A DNA stretch of 64,000 nucleotides from Gammaproteobacteria bacterium (GCA_040080965.1 JBEBHH010000004.1:42170-106169); one strand, 5' to 3'; numbered from the stretch's first letter, positions 24,757-33,746 are shown. Notes: generated by a model from the letters alone, not told the origin. Translations and numbers: made by a program.

Positions 24757-26996
24757 ACGGCAGGCGGGTACTGCTGCTGGTCGCCGTCGCGGCGGCGATA
24801 GCCGCGTACTTCGCCGCCGACGCGGGCCGCTTTCTCAGCCTGGACTTCATCCGGGCGCAACAGGCGGCGCTCGAGGCCTTTGTTGCTGCATCCCCGTTCG
24901 CCGCCGGAGCCGCCTTCGTGCTGGTCTACGTGGCCGTCACGGCGCTCTCCATCCCCGGTGCCGCCGTGCTCACGCTCGCGGCCGGCGCCATCTTCGGGTT
25001 CGCCTGGGGCCTGGTCCTCGCGTCCTTCGCGTCGTCCATCGGCGCCACGCTGGCCTTCCTTGCGTCCCGGTTCCTCCTGCGCGACACGATCCAGGCGAAG
25101 TTCGGTGGCAAGTTGAAGGCCATCAACGCCGGCATCGACAGGGAAGGCGCCTTCTACCTGTTCACCCTGCGCCTCGTGCCAATCTTCCCCTTCTTCGTCA
25201 TCAACCTGGCGATGGGCCTCACGTCCATGCGCACCCGCACGTTCTACTGGGTGTCCCAGCTGGGCATGCTGCTGGGCACGGCGGCCTACGTGAACGCGGG
25301 CACGGAGCTGTCGCGCATCACTTCGCTGCGGGGCATCCTCTCGCCCGGCGTCCTCCTGGCCTTCGCCTTCCTCGGCGTGCTCCCGCTCATTTCCCGCAGG
25401 ATCATCGCGGCGGTTCGCGCCCGGCGGGTGTACGCCCGGTGGACGGGCCGCAGGCCGCGCCGGTTCGACCGCAACGTGGTGGTGATCGGCGGCGGCTCGG
25501 CGGGCCTGGTGACGAGCTACATCGCCGCCGCCGTGCGGGCGAAAGTGACGCTGGTGGAGCGCCAGCGGATGGGCGGCGAATGCCTGTACACCGGCTGCGT
25601 GCCATCGAAGGCGCTGATCCGGTCCGCGAAGCTGCTGAACCACATTGGCCGGGCGAAGGAGTTCGGCCTCGCCGAGGCCAGCGCCCGGTGGGATTTTGCC
25701 GACGTGATGGAGCGGGTCCAGCGGGTGATCGCGGCCATCGAACCCCACGACTCGGTCGAGCGCTACTCGCAGCTCGGCGTGGAATGCCTGCAGGGCACGG
25801 CCCGCATCGTGTCCCCCTGGGAAGTGGAGATCGACGGCGCGGACGGCACGAGCCAGCGCCTCACCACGCGCAACATCGTGATCGCGACCGGCGGACGGCC
25901 GCTGGTGCCGCCGGTCCCGGGCCTGGCAGAGTCGAACCCGCTCACTTCAGAGACGATCTGGAACCTCCGCCAGCTGCCCCGGCGCCTCGCGGTGCTGGGT
26001 GGCGGGCCGATCGGCTGCGAACTGGCCCAGTGCTTTGCCCGCTTCGGGTCCCAGGTGACCGTCGTGCAGCGGGCATCCCGGCTGATGCCCCGGGAGGATC
26101 CCGACGTGTCGGCGGTGGTCCGCGCGCGCTTCGAGTCCGAGGGCATCCGCGTGCTGGCCGGTGCGACGGCAACCCGCGTGGTCCGGGAGGACGGCGGCAA
26201 GTTCCTCCTGGTCGATACCGGCGGCAGTGAGGAGCGGATCCCGTTCGACGAGATCCTCTGCGCCACCGGCCGCGTCGCCAACACCACGGGTTTCGGCCTG
26301 GAGGAACTCGGCGTCCCGGTGGGCCGGTTCGTGGCCGTCAACGAGCACCTGCAGACTAACTACCCGAACATCTACGCCTGCGGCGACGTGGCCGGCCCGT
26401 TCCAGTTCACCCACACGGCGGCGCACATGGCCTGGTACGCGGCGGTGAACTCGCTGTTCGGGGCGCTTCGGAAGTTCAAGGTGGACTACCGGGTCGTGCC
26501 CTGGACCACGTTCACCGATCCGGAAGTGGCCCGGGTGGGACTCAGCGAAGACGAGGCGGCGGCGCAGGGCATCCCCCATGACGTGCACCGCTACGGCATC
26601 GCGGACCTGGACCGGGCCATCGCCGACAGCGAGGCCCACGGCTTCGTCAAGGTGCTGACGAAGCCCGGCACCGACCGGATCCTCGGCGCGACCATCGTCG
26701 GCGAGCACGCCGGCGACCTGCTCATCGAGTTCGTGGCCGCCATGAAACACGGCTTCGGCCTCGAAGGCATCCTGGGCACGATCCACACCTACCCCACCCT
26801 GGCGGAGGCCAACAAGTACGCGGCCGGCGCCTGGAAGCGCACGACCGCGACGGAAGGCAAGCTGGCGGTGGCCGGAGCGTTCCATGCCTGGACCCGCGGC
26901 GAGTCGGGCTTCGGGCGGGTAATTGGTAGCGCCATCGCTCTCCTGGTCGCTCCGGACCGGACACCGGTGTACCCGCCGGAGCCGCGCGACGGGTAG
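24753..26996 (+). CDS. Fusion protein: TVP38/TMEM64 (DedA/SNARE-associated) membrane domain + class I pyridine-nucleotide-disulfide oxidoreductase (mercuric/dihydrolipoamide reductase-like)
   Basis: Start moved to the ATG at 24753 (ATGA overlap with the DUF1838 stop). About 225 aa of TM helices (..LASRFLLRD..LFTLRLVPIFPFFVINLAMG..). Then VVVIGGGSAGL, redox disulfide GGECLYTGCVPSK, LAVLGGGPIGCE and dimerisation HTYPTLAE. Confidence 0.8.
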   Translation: MNGRRVLLLVAVAAAIAAYFAADAGRFLSLDFIRAQQAALEAFVAASPFAAGAAFVLVYVAVTALSIPGAAVLTLAAGAIFGFAWGLVLASFASSIGATLAFLASRFLLRDTIQAKFGGKLKAINAGIDREGAFYLFTLRLVPIFPFFVINLAMGLTSMRTRTFYWVSQLGMLLGTAAYVNAGTELSRITSLRGILSPGVLLAFAFLGVLPLISRRIIAAVRARRVYARWTGRRPRRFDRNVVVIGGGSAGLVTSYIAAAVRAKVTLVERQRMGGECLYTGCVPSKALIRSAKLLNHIGRAKEFGLAEASARWDFADVMERVQRVIAAIEPHDSVERYSQLGVECLQGTARIVSPWEVEIDGADGTSQRLTTRNIVIATGGRPLVPPVPGLAESNPLTSETIWNLRQLPRRLAVLGGGPIGCELAQCFARFGSQVTVVQRASRLMPREDPDVSAVVRARFESEGIRVLAGATATRVVREDGGKFLLVDTGGSEERIPFDEILCATGRVANTTGFGLEELGVPVGRFVAVNEHLQTNYPNIYACGDVAGPFQFTHTAAHMAWYAAVNSLFGALRKFKVDYRVVPWTTFTDPEVARVGLSEDEAAAQGIPHDVHRYGIADLDRAIADSEAHGFVKVLTKPGTDRILGATIVGEHAGDLLIEFVAAMKHGFGLEGILGTIHTYPTLAEANKYAAGAWKRTTATEGKLAVAGAFHAWTRGESGFGRVIGSAIALLVAPDRTPVYPPEPRDG

Positions 26997-27022
26997 TGCC
27001 CCTGCGCTTCCGATCCCGTGTG

Positions 27023-27373
27023 TCAGGTGTCGTCGTCGCGGATGGCTCTGGTGCCCTGCGTACTCCGCAGGACTCGCTGGGCGGCAATGAACGGGAGCCG
27101 CGTCGCCAGCTGCCGGTCGTCGAACATCAGCCCCGCACCGTTCGACTGCTGGCGGATGACCCAGGCTCGCCACAGGAACGCAGCAGCGTCCTGGCCCGGG
27201 ACGCGAAACTCCAGGTCCACCACCCCGTGAAGCGCAGGCTGATCAGCCGGTACCTCGACGAAAGCGCCGCCACAGCTGAGGTTGAGGATCATCACGGCCA
27301 CCTGCTCACCGCCTGCCTCGTGGACGAGGCCGGGCAGGTGGACGGGCAGCCGCTCCCCACAGCGATGTTCCAT
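27023..27373 (-). CDS. PilZ domain protein (c-di-GMP receptor-like)
   Basis: Only the last 116 aa of the track ORF look real: MEHRCGERLPV (RxxxR) and NLSCGG (NxSxxG). An alternative ATG lies at 27382. Confidence 0.65.
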   Translation of the reverse strand: MEHRCGERLPVHLPGLVHEAGGEQVAVMILNLSCGGAFVEVPADQPALHGVVDLEFRVPGQDAAAFLWRAWVIRQQSNGAGLMFDDRQLATRLPFIAAQRVLRSTQGTRAIRDDDT

Positions 27374-27540
27374 GGCGCCCATCTTCCGGACCCCTGGCCT
27401 GCTGACGCCCCGATTCTGCCCCCAACCGGCGGTCCGGTTCATTACGCTTTCACGCGCCCGCGGCCGGAGGCTGTCCGCGGGGCCGGCAGTGCATAATGCC
27501 GGCCTGACCGCCGCTCCCGTTCCCGAACCAGGCAATACCG

Positions 27541-27798
27541 ATGGACCAGAACAAGCTGCACGCCCTGCTCGCTGAGCTCGACCGCGAACTGAAGACGACC
27601 CGGTCGCTGGACGCCCAGTCCCAGGCGCTGTTGCAGCAGGTCCTGGCGGACATTCCCCAGGCGCCGGCGGGCTCCGCCGAGCACCGGTCCGCCGAGTCCA
27701 GCCTGCGGGAGCTGATGGTGCGCTTCGAGACCGAGCACCCGCAGTTGTCCGGGGCACTGGGCCAGGTGGCCGACGCCCTGGGCAAGCTCGGCATCTGA
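27541..27798 (+). CDS. DUF4404 family protein
   Basis: 85 aa, helical, with the characteristic ..RFETEHPQLSGALGQVADALGKLGI C-terminus. Confidence 0.6.
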   Translation: MDQNKLHALLAELDRELKTTRSLDAQSQALLQQVLADIPQAPAGSAEHRSAESSLRELMVRFETEHPQLSGALGQVADALGKLGI

Positions 27799-27811
27799 GG
27801 TCCCGCGGCGC

Positions 27812-30484
27812 CTAGCCCCGTTCGACGGCCACGGCCGTCACCTTGTATTCCGGCGCTCCCGTGATCCGGTCGCCCTGGCTGCTCGTGAGCAGGTTCACCA
27901 TCGTCGCGGGGTCCTGGAACGTGGCGAACAGCTCGCCCGGCTGCACCCGGTCGGTGACGCGGGCCTGCAGGCGGACTTCGCCATGGCGGCTCCGGACCCG
28001 GGCCGCATCACCGGACGCGAGTCCCCTGGCTGCCGCGTCGACCGCGCTGATCTCCAGCAGGTCGGTGGGCCGCAGGTCGCGGGTGCGGCCCCGCCCGGTC
28101 ATCGTCCCCGCATTGAACTGGTACAGGCTGCGCCCGGTCGTGAGCAGCAACGGGAACTCCGCCGTCACCGTCTCCTCCGTCGCGACGTAGTCGATGCAGG
28201 CAAGCGTTGCCCGCGCGCCGCGTGCGAAGGCGCCGGCATAGAGGACTTCCGTGCCGGGATGGCCCTCGTCCGGGCACGGCCACTGCACCCCCGCTTCGTC
28301 GAGGCGCGCGCCGGAGGCCCCCCGGCCGCCCGGCCAGGCAGCGCGGACTTCGTCCCAGATCTCATCCGCGCAGCCGAACTCGAAACCGGACCCGCGGCCC
28401 ATGGCCCGGGCCACATCGCACAGGATCTGCCAGTCGGGCCGGGCCGCGCCCGGGGGCGGCACGGCCTGGCGCACCCGCTGGATCCGCCGCTCCGAGTTCA
28501 TGAACGTGCCGTCGTGCTCGAAGACGCTGGCTGCCGGCAGGAAGACAGAGGCGAACTCCCGCGCGGTCTCGTTGATGAAGATGTCCTGGACGATCACGGT
28601 CTCGACACGGGCCAGCGCCTCCCGCGTTGCCGTCCGGTTGGGCAGCGTGGGCAACACGTCGTAGCCGACGATCCAGAGGCACTTGATCTCGCCGCGCGCC
28701 GCGGCCTCGATCATCTCCAGCAGATTGCGGCCCGGCACCGCCGGCAGCGCAGTGCCCCACAGGGTCTCGAAGCGGGTCCGCTCGGGCTCCAGGTTGGCGC
28801 CGCCGGTGAGCAGTCCGGGATCGCAGCCCATGTGGGCGGCGCCCTGCACGTTATTCTGCCCGCGCAGGGGATTCACGCCCGCGCCGCGGCGGCCCAGGTT
28901 CCCGGTGAGCAGCGCGAGGTTGATCAGGCACATGACGCCTTCCGTGCCCTGCAGGTGCTCGGTGACGCCGAGGCCGTGGAAGCACATGGCGGGCCGGGTC
29001 GTGGCGTAGAGCCGCGCGGCGCGGCGGATGTCAGCGGCGGGCACGCCGCAGATGCCGGCGGCCCGCTCCGGCGTCCAGGCACCGGCCAGCGCCCGGTATT
29101 CGGCGAGGCCGTCCACCCGGCCGCCGATGAAGTCCTCGTCGGCGAGCGACTCCTCCAGGATGACGTGGGCGAGCGCGTTCAGCAGCGGAACGTTGGTGCC
29201 GGCGCGGGGCCGCAGGTGCACGGTGGCCCGCCGCGCCAGGTCCGTGGCCCGCGGGTCGATCACGATCAGCAGCTTGCCAAGCCGCGCCTGCTGGAGGATG
29301 CGGGCCCCGACCACCGGGTGATTCTCCGTGGGATTGCAGCCCACCAGCATGAACCCGCCCGCCAGTTCGATGTCGTCGAAGGAGTTGGTCGCGGCGCCGA
29401 AGCCCAGCATGCGCTTCAGCGCGGCCGCGCTGGGCGTGTGGCACACCCGCGCGCAGCAGTCCACGTTGTTGGTCCCGAGCACCGTGCGCGCGAATTTCTG
29501 GACGACGTAGTTGTCCTCGTTGGTCGCGCGGGCCGAGCCGAGCACGCCGATGGCCTGCGGGCCGTGGCGCTCGAGCACGCCGGCCAGCGCCTCCGCGACG
29601 GTCCCGATGGCGGTGGGCCAGTCGGTACCCTGCCAGCCCCCCGTCCGGCGCAACAGCGGCTGGGTGGCGCGGTCCGGCGCACTGTTGAACTCGAAGGCAT
29701 ACCGGCCCTTGATGCACAGATGCCCCCTGTTCACCGGCGAGTCCACGACCGGGGTCACCTGCACGACCCGGCCGTCCCGGGTCCCGACGTTCAGCTCGCA
29801 GCCCACGGCGCAGTAGCCGCAGACGCTGCGCGTCCAGGCCTCCGCCTGCCCCAGCTCGAGCCGCTGCTGGTCCACGAGCGCGCCGGTCGGACAGGTGTCC
29901 GCGCAGGCCCCGCACCCGGTGCAGGAACTCTCGACCAGGCTCGCCAGCGAATCGGGCAGCAGGCGGCCGTCCTCCGCCCGCCCGAGCATGTGCCAGACCG
30001 ACAGGCCCTGGACCTCGTCGCAGATCCGGACGCACCGGTAGCACTGGATGCACTGGGACATGTCCACGTGGATGTAGGGATGGGAGTCGTCCACGGCCGG
30101 CGGCGATGCCGGACACTCCGCCCTGTCGGCGATCCCGTAGCGGTCCAGCGCGCGATGGAACTGCTTCTCGGGCAGCAGCGCCCGGGTCGCCGGCGCGCAG
30201 TGCGGGGCGAGCAGCTCCAGGGTGCCGCGCCGGAACTCCTCCAGCTCCGGGGAGTGCGTGGTGATCACCATGCCGTCCGCGACCAGCGTCGCGCAGGCCA
30301 CCACGGGTCGCGGCGAGGCGTTCACCGTCACGGCGCAGAGCCGGCACATGGCGGTGGGCCGGAGGCGAGGATCGTGGCACAGCGACGGGACCTCGATGCC
30401 CAGCCCGCCGAGCAGGTCGAGGATGGTTGCTCCGGGAGCAACTGCCTGCCCGATGCCGTTGACGACGACGTGCAGCAGGGCCAT
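27812..30484 (-). CDS. Formate-dehydrogenase-alpha-like molybdopterin oxidoreductase (FdhF/FdhA type, Cys variant)
   Basis: Start moved to the ATG at 30484 (MALLHVVVNG..). 2Fe-2S ferredoxin-like N-terminus, 4Fe-4S motifs CIQCYRCVRIC and CTGCGACADTC, MopB cluster CGYCAVGC, and NVDCCARVCHTPSAAAL (the position of SeCys in E. coli FdhF is Cys here). 890 aa. Confidence 0.85.
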   Translation of the reverse strand: MALLHVVVNGIGQAVAPGATILDLLGGLGIEVPSLCHDPRLRPTAMCRLCAVTVNASPRPVVACATLVADGMVITTHSPELEEFRRGTLELLAPHCAPATRALLPEKQFHRALDRYGIADRAECPASPPAVDDSHPYIHVDMSQCIQCYRCVRICDEVQGLSVWHMLGRAEDGRLLPDSLASLVESSCTGCGACADTCPTGALVDQQRLELGQAEAWTRSVCGYCAVGCELNVGTRDGRVVQVTPVVDSPVNRGHLCIKGRYAFEFNSAPDRATQPLLRRTGGWQGTDWPTAIGTVAEALAGVLERHGPQAIGVLGSARATNEDNYVVQKFARTVLGTNNVDCCARVCHTPSAAALKRMLGFGAATNSFDDIELAGGFMLVGCNPTENHPVVGARILQQARLGKLLIVIDPRATDLARRATVHLRPRAGTNVPLLNALAHVILEESLADEDFIGGRVDGLAEYRALAGAWTPERAAGICGVPAADIRRAARLYATTRPAMCFHGLGVTEHLQGTEGVMCLINLALLTGNLGRRGAGVNPLRGQNNVQGAAHMGCDPGLLTGGANLEPERTRFETLWGTALPAVPGRNLLEMIEAAARGEIKCLWIVGYDVLPTLPNRTATREALARVETVIVQDIFINETAREFASVFLPAASVFEHDGTFMNSERRIQRVRQAVPPPGAARPDWQILCDVARAMGRGSGFEFGCADEIWDEVRAAWPGGRGASGARLDEAGVQWPCPDEGHPGTEVLYAGAFARGARATLACIDYVATEETVTAEFPLLLTTGRSLYQFNAGTMTGRGRTRDLRPTDLLEISAVDAAARGLASGDAARVRSRHGEVRLQARVTDRVQPGELFATFQDPATMVNLLTSSQGDRITGAPEYKVTAVAVERG

Positions 30485-31818
30485 CAGGCGATCCGGAACA
30501 GCGCCCACTCGCCCTCGACGCCCTTGAGCTGGTGCAGGCCACGGTCCTCGAACTTCAGGCCCGAGCCGGTGACAAGGTCGCGGACGGTGCGCGACGCCAG
30601 CACCTCGCCAGGGCCGCCGAGGCCCATGACGCGCGCGCCGATGTGCACCGCGATGCCGCCGACCTTCTGTCCGACCAGTTCGCACTCGCCCGTGTGCAGG
30701 CCGGCGCGGATCTCCAGGCCCAGCGCCCGCACGGCATCGCGGATGGCAAGCGCGCAGCGCACGCCGCGGGCGGGCCCGTCGAAGGTGGCGAAGAAGCCGT
30801 CGCCGGCGGTGTCGACTTCCCGACCGCGGAAGCGCGCCAGTTCCTGGCGCACGAGGGCGTGGTGACGATTGACCAGGTCGGCCCAGGCCCGGTCGCCCAG
30901 CCGCTCGGCGAGTTGGGTGGCCCCGACGATGTCCGTGAACAGCACGGTGGCGAGCACGCGCTCCTCGTCAGGCACCTGGCTGTTCCCGGTCAGGAATTCC
31001 TGGACGGGCCCGAGCAGCGCCTCGGTGTCGCCGGCGTGGAAGAAGTGGTCGTCACCCGGTATGCCGACGAACCGGGCACCGCTGATGTGCTCGGCGAGGT
31101 AGCGGCCGTTGTCCGCGCGGATATACCGGTTGCCCAGGCGGTGCAAGACGAGCGTGGGGACGCTGATGGTGGCCAGGGCCGGCCGGAAATCCTGGTCGTA
31201 GACCATCGGGTAGATCGGGAAGAACTGGCCGGGACTCATGGCGAGGCGCTCGTAGCGACCGCGCCAGGCAATGAACGCATCATTGCCGGCAAGACTGGGC
31301 GCGCCGCCGTGGCGGGCCATCTCCCCGGTGCCGTAGGTGCGGAGGACGGCTGCAATCGTTGCGTTGGCCGCGCTCTCGGGAATGCCACAGGGATAGTCCG
31401 GCGCGCGCCGGCGACGCGCGTAGGTGTCGGCGAGGATGAGCGCCGTCGTGCCGGCGGGCCGGGAGGCGGCAAACAGCAGCGCCATGCAACCCCCGTCGCC
31501 GTGGCCGAACACGGCCGCGCGCTCGCTGCCCAGGTCATCGAGGACCGTGCCGACGTCGTCCATCCACTCTTCCCAGGTGGGGACCGCACCGAGGGGCACC
31601 GGGTCGGACACGCCGGTGCCGCGCTTGTCGAAACAGATCACGCGGCTGAACGAGGCGAGGCGCTGCAGGAACCTGGCGAGCGTGGGCTCTTCCCACATGA
31701 CCTCGAGGTTGGTGCACCAGTCGGGGATGAAGACGATGTCCACGTCGCCCGCGCCAAACGCCTGGTAGGCGACGTACTGGCCGCCCTTGTTCAGGGCGTA
31801 ACGTGTCTCGGGAACCAT
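30484..31818 (-). CDS. Alpha/beta-hydrolase-fold domain fused to class III adenylate/guanylate cyclase (Rv1900c/LipJ-like layout)
   Basis: Start moved to the ATG at 31818 (MVPETRYAL..). Cyclase motifs VLFTDIVGAT, DTAGDGFFATF, RAGLHTGECE. The stop TGA shares nt 30484 with the downstream ATG. Confidence 0.8.
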   Translation of the reverse strand: MVPETRYALNKGGQYVAYQAFGAGDVDIVFIPDWCTNLEVMWEEPTLARFLQRLASFSRVICFDKRGTGVSDPVPLGAVPTWEEWMDDVGTVLDDLGSERAAVFGHGDGGCMALLFAASRPAGTTALILADTYARRRRAPDYPCGIPESAANATIAAVLRTYGTGEMARHGGAPSLAGNDAFIAWRGRYERLAMSPGQFFPIYPMVYDQDFRPALATISVPTLVLHRLGNRYIRADNGRYLAEHISGARFVGIPGDDHFFHAGDTEALLGPVQEFLTGNSQVPDEERVLATVLFTDIVGATQLAERLGDRAWADLVNRHHALVRQELARFRGREVDTAGDGFFATFDGPARGVRCALAIRDAVRALGLEIRAGLHTGECELVGQKVGGIAVHIGARVMGLGGPGEVLASRTVRDLVTGSGLKFEDRGLHQLKGVEGEWALFRIA

Positions 31819-31882
31819 GTCGCATGGTAACGGAGGCCCTCGGGGCCTGCACAAGCGCCTGTTTGTCCGGCAAGCTAGGCGC

Positions 31883-32443
31883 ATGCGCAACCAGACCATT
31901 GATCGAATAATGACCACGCCGGCCTGGACCATCGGGTCCGACTCCACTCTTGAGGAGGCGGCCCGGCTCATGGCCCGGGAACGGCTGCACCACCTGCCCG
32001 TGGTGGACGCGGGGCAGCTGGCCGGCATCATCAGCGCCTCCGACCTGATCGGCCGGAACACGCCGGACGCCGGCCGGAAACGGATCGGGGAAGTCATGAC
32101 GCGGGAGCCGGTGGTGCTCAGCCGGACCAGCACGCTGCAGGATGCAGCGGCCATCCTCGCAGGCGGCGGCTATCACTCGCTGCCCGTCGTCGATCCGGCC
32201 GGGACGGTAGTCGGGGTGGTGACCTCCACCGACCTCGTCGTCGCGCTCCTGCACCAGTTGCCCGGGGGACCCGCCGCCGGGGGCACGACGTCGGAGATGC
32301 TGACCGATCTGGAGAACGTGCGGGCGGCAGCCGAACTCTACCTGCGCACGGGCCACGGGGAGCACGAGCACGGCGCCCTGGTCCGGGCACTGGCGAAAGC
32401 CCGGGAGCACCTCGGGCCCGGACTGACGACCGGCCGGCTGTGA
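31883..32443 (+). CDS. CBS-pair domain protein
   Basis: Start moved to the ATG at 31883. Two CBS repeats (IMTTPAWTIGSDSTLEEAARLMARERLHHLPVVD.. and VMTREPVVLSRTSTLQDAAAILAGGGYHSLPVVD..). Confidence 0.7.
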   Translation: MRNQTIDRIMTTPAWTIGSDSTLEEAARLMARERLHHLPVVDAGQLAGIISASDLIGRNTPDAGRKRIGEVMTREPVVLSRTSTLQDAAAILAGGGYHSLPVVDPAGTVVGVVTSTDLVVALLHQLPGGPAAGGTTSEMLTDLENVRAAAELYLRTGHGEHEHGALVRALAKAREHLGPGLTTGRL

Positions 32444-32462
32444 CGGCGCCGGCTGGCGGCCG

Positions 32463-32975
32463 TCAGGCGAGCGTCGGCTCCTTGGCGGCGACACCCTTCT
32501 CGTAACGCGTGTAGACGAACACGGGAATCTTCAGCGATCCCAGGTGCTGCTCGAGCAGCGGGTGCACATCGGACCACTCGAGGCCGCCGACACCGGTGGC
32601 CAGGCGTGGCAACGCCAGGCTCGTGAGCTTCTCGGCCCCGGCGAGGGCGTGCAGGTGCTTGAGCGCGTGGCCCACGTGCTGGACCGTGGCGCGGCCCGGG
32701 TGCCCGCCCTGGGCCCGGGGCGGCTCCTGGGTGAAGAGATTGATGATCCGCCGGCCATCAGCGCCCGCCCAGGTCCAGAGCCCGCCCGCCTCGGCCTTCT
32801 GCGTCTTGCAGTAGTGGCGGAAGTCCTGGTACAGCGCGGGCCATTGCTCGCGGAGGCTGAGCGCGAGGCCCTGGTGAAAATTGTCGTTCGGGCTGACGCC
32901 GTGGGCGATCGCGGCCGCCCGGCTGAGGAGGATGTCGCCCGCTACTTCATACAGCACTGGTCTGCTCCGCATCAA
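32463..32975 (-). CDS. Macro domain protein (TARG1/OARD1-like ADP-ribose-binding/hydrolase fold)
   Basis: YEVAGDILLS..AIAHGVSPNDNFHQGLA.. and ..SLALPRLATGVGGLEWSDV.. parallel the GDLF..HC.S.D..MG.GIA and PRIGCGLD.L.W blocks of TARG1-type macro domains. Confidence 0.7.
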   Translation of the reverse strand: MMRSRPVLYEVAGDILLSRAAAIAHGVSPNDNFHQGLALSLREQWPALYQDFRHYCKTQKAEAGGLWTWAGADGRRIINLFTQEPPRAQGGHPGRATVQHVGHALKHLHALAGAEKLTSLALPRLATGVGGLEWSDVHPLLEQHLGSLKIPVFVYTRYEKGVAAKEPTLA

Positions 32976-33076
32976 AACCGAAGGGCCTTGATGGAAACAC
33001 GCCCCGGCCCGGCGCCGGTATCGTGGGAAGTACCCACTGGCCGCTTACGGTGCGGGCAGGCGGCGGGGTTTTTGCT

Positions 33077-33092
33077 TATACGTCGATGTATA
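33077..33092. promoter_or_regulatory. Candidate TetR operator: TATAC-GTCGAT-GTATA in the only AT-rich patch of the macro/TetR divergent region
   Basis: Read directly, 49 nt upstream of the TetR GTG (33141). The surrounding sequence TTTTTGCTTATACGTCGATGTATATTTGGGATCAAGAAT is unusually AT-rich for this DNA. Confidence 0.4.
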
Positions 33093-33140
33093 TTTGGGAT
33101 CAAGAATGGCCCCGGCAGGCGTAGCCCAGGAGAACAGGCC

Positions 33141-33746
33141 GTGCGAAGCACCGTCCACAAGCCCCGCAGGAGGGGGCGCATCGTCAGTCCGAAGATCGTG
33201 GACCGGCGCGGACTGGTGTGGTCGGACCTGCTGGCAGTAGCAGGCAGCCTGATGGCCGAACGGGGCGTGGCCACCATCAGCGTGGAACAGCTCCTGCTGG
33301 CAGCCGGCATCTCCCGCGGCACGTTCTACAGCTTCTGCGGCGGCAAGAGCGACCTCGTGGCAGCCATCGTCATCCCCGCACTGGAGCAGGGCACGGCCCG
33401 GCTGGAGCCGCTCGGCACGAGCCCGCCGCCGAGGATCATCCCGGCCATCGTCAGCATCTATGAGGAACTCTGGCAGAACCACCGGCACGCGCTGATCATG
33501 ATTCCCGGGGTGACGGCCGATGCCTTCGCCCGGATCCACGACGCGCACCGGGCCTTTACGGACGCCATGAGCCGCGCCCTGGAACGCGCCCGGGCGGGCG
33601 GCCAGCTCCGCAATGACAGCGTGGAGGCCACCTTCCGGGTGATCACCCGGACGGCGGTGCCGCTGCTCCGCATCTACCATGACCATCCGGACGGCCAGCG
33701 GCTCTACCGGGAGTCCATGACCGCCCTCCTCGGGAGAAACCCATGA
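33141..33746 (+). CDS. TetR family transcriptional regulator
   Basis: Start moved to the in-frame GTG at 33141 (AGGAGA 7 nt upstream). HTH ISVEQLLLAAGISRGTFYSFCGGK. Confidence 0.7.
   Translation: MRSTVHKPRRRGRIVSPKIVDRRGLVWSDLLAVAGSLMAERGVATISVEQLLLAAGISRGTFYSFCGGKSDLVAAIVIPALEQGTARLEPLGTSPPPRIIPAIVSIYEELWQNHRHALIMIPGVTADAFARIHDAHRAFTDAMSRALERARAGGQLRNDSVEATFRVITRTAVPLLRIYHDHPDGQRLYRESMTALLGRNP

Noticed and set aside
29400-29470. Possible selenocysteine (in-frame TGA plus SECIS) in the formate-dehydrogenase-like gene
   Set aside because: The ORF is uninterrupted. The residue aligned with FdhF SeCys is an ordinary Cys codon within NVDCCARVCHTPS. I therefore have no reason to invoke recoding.
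32463-32975. Macro domain gene as the antitoxin of a DarTG-like toxin-antitoxin or defence pair
   Set aside because: There is no DarT/DUF4433-like or other toxin-like ORF adjacent. The neighbours are a CBS protein (convergent) and a TetR operon (divergent). The protein is a stand-alone TARG1-like macro domain.
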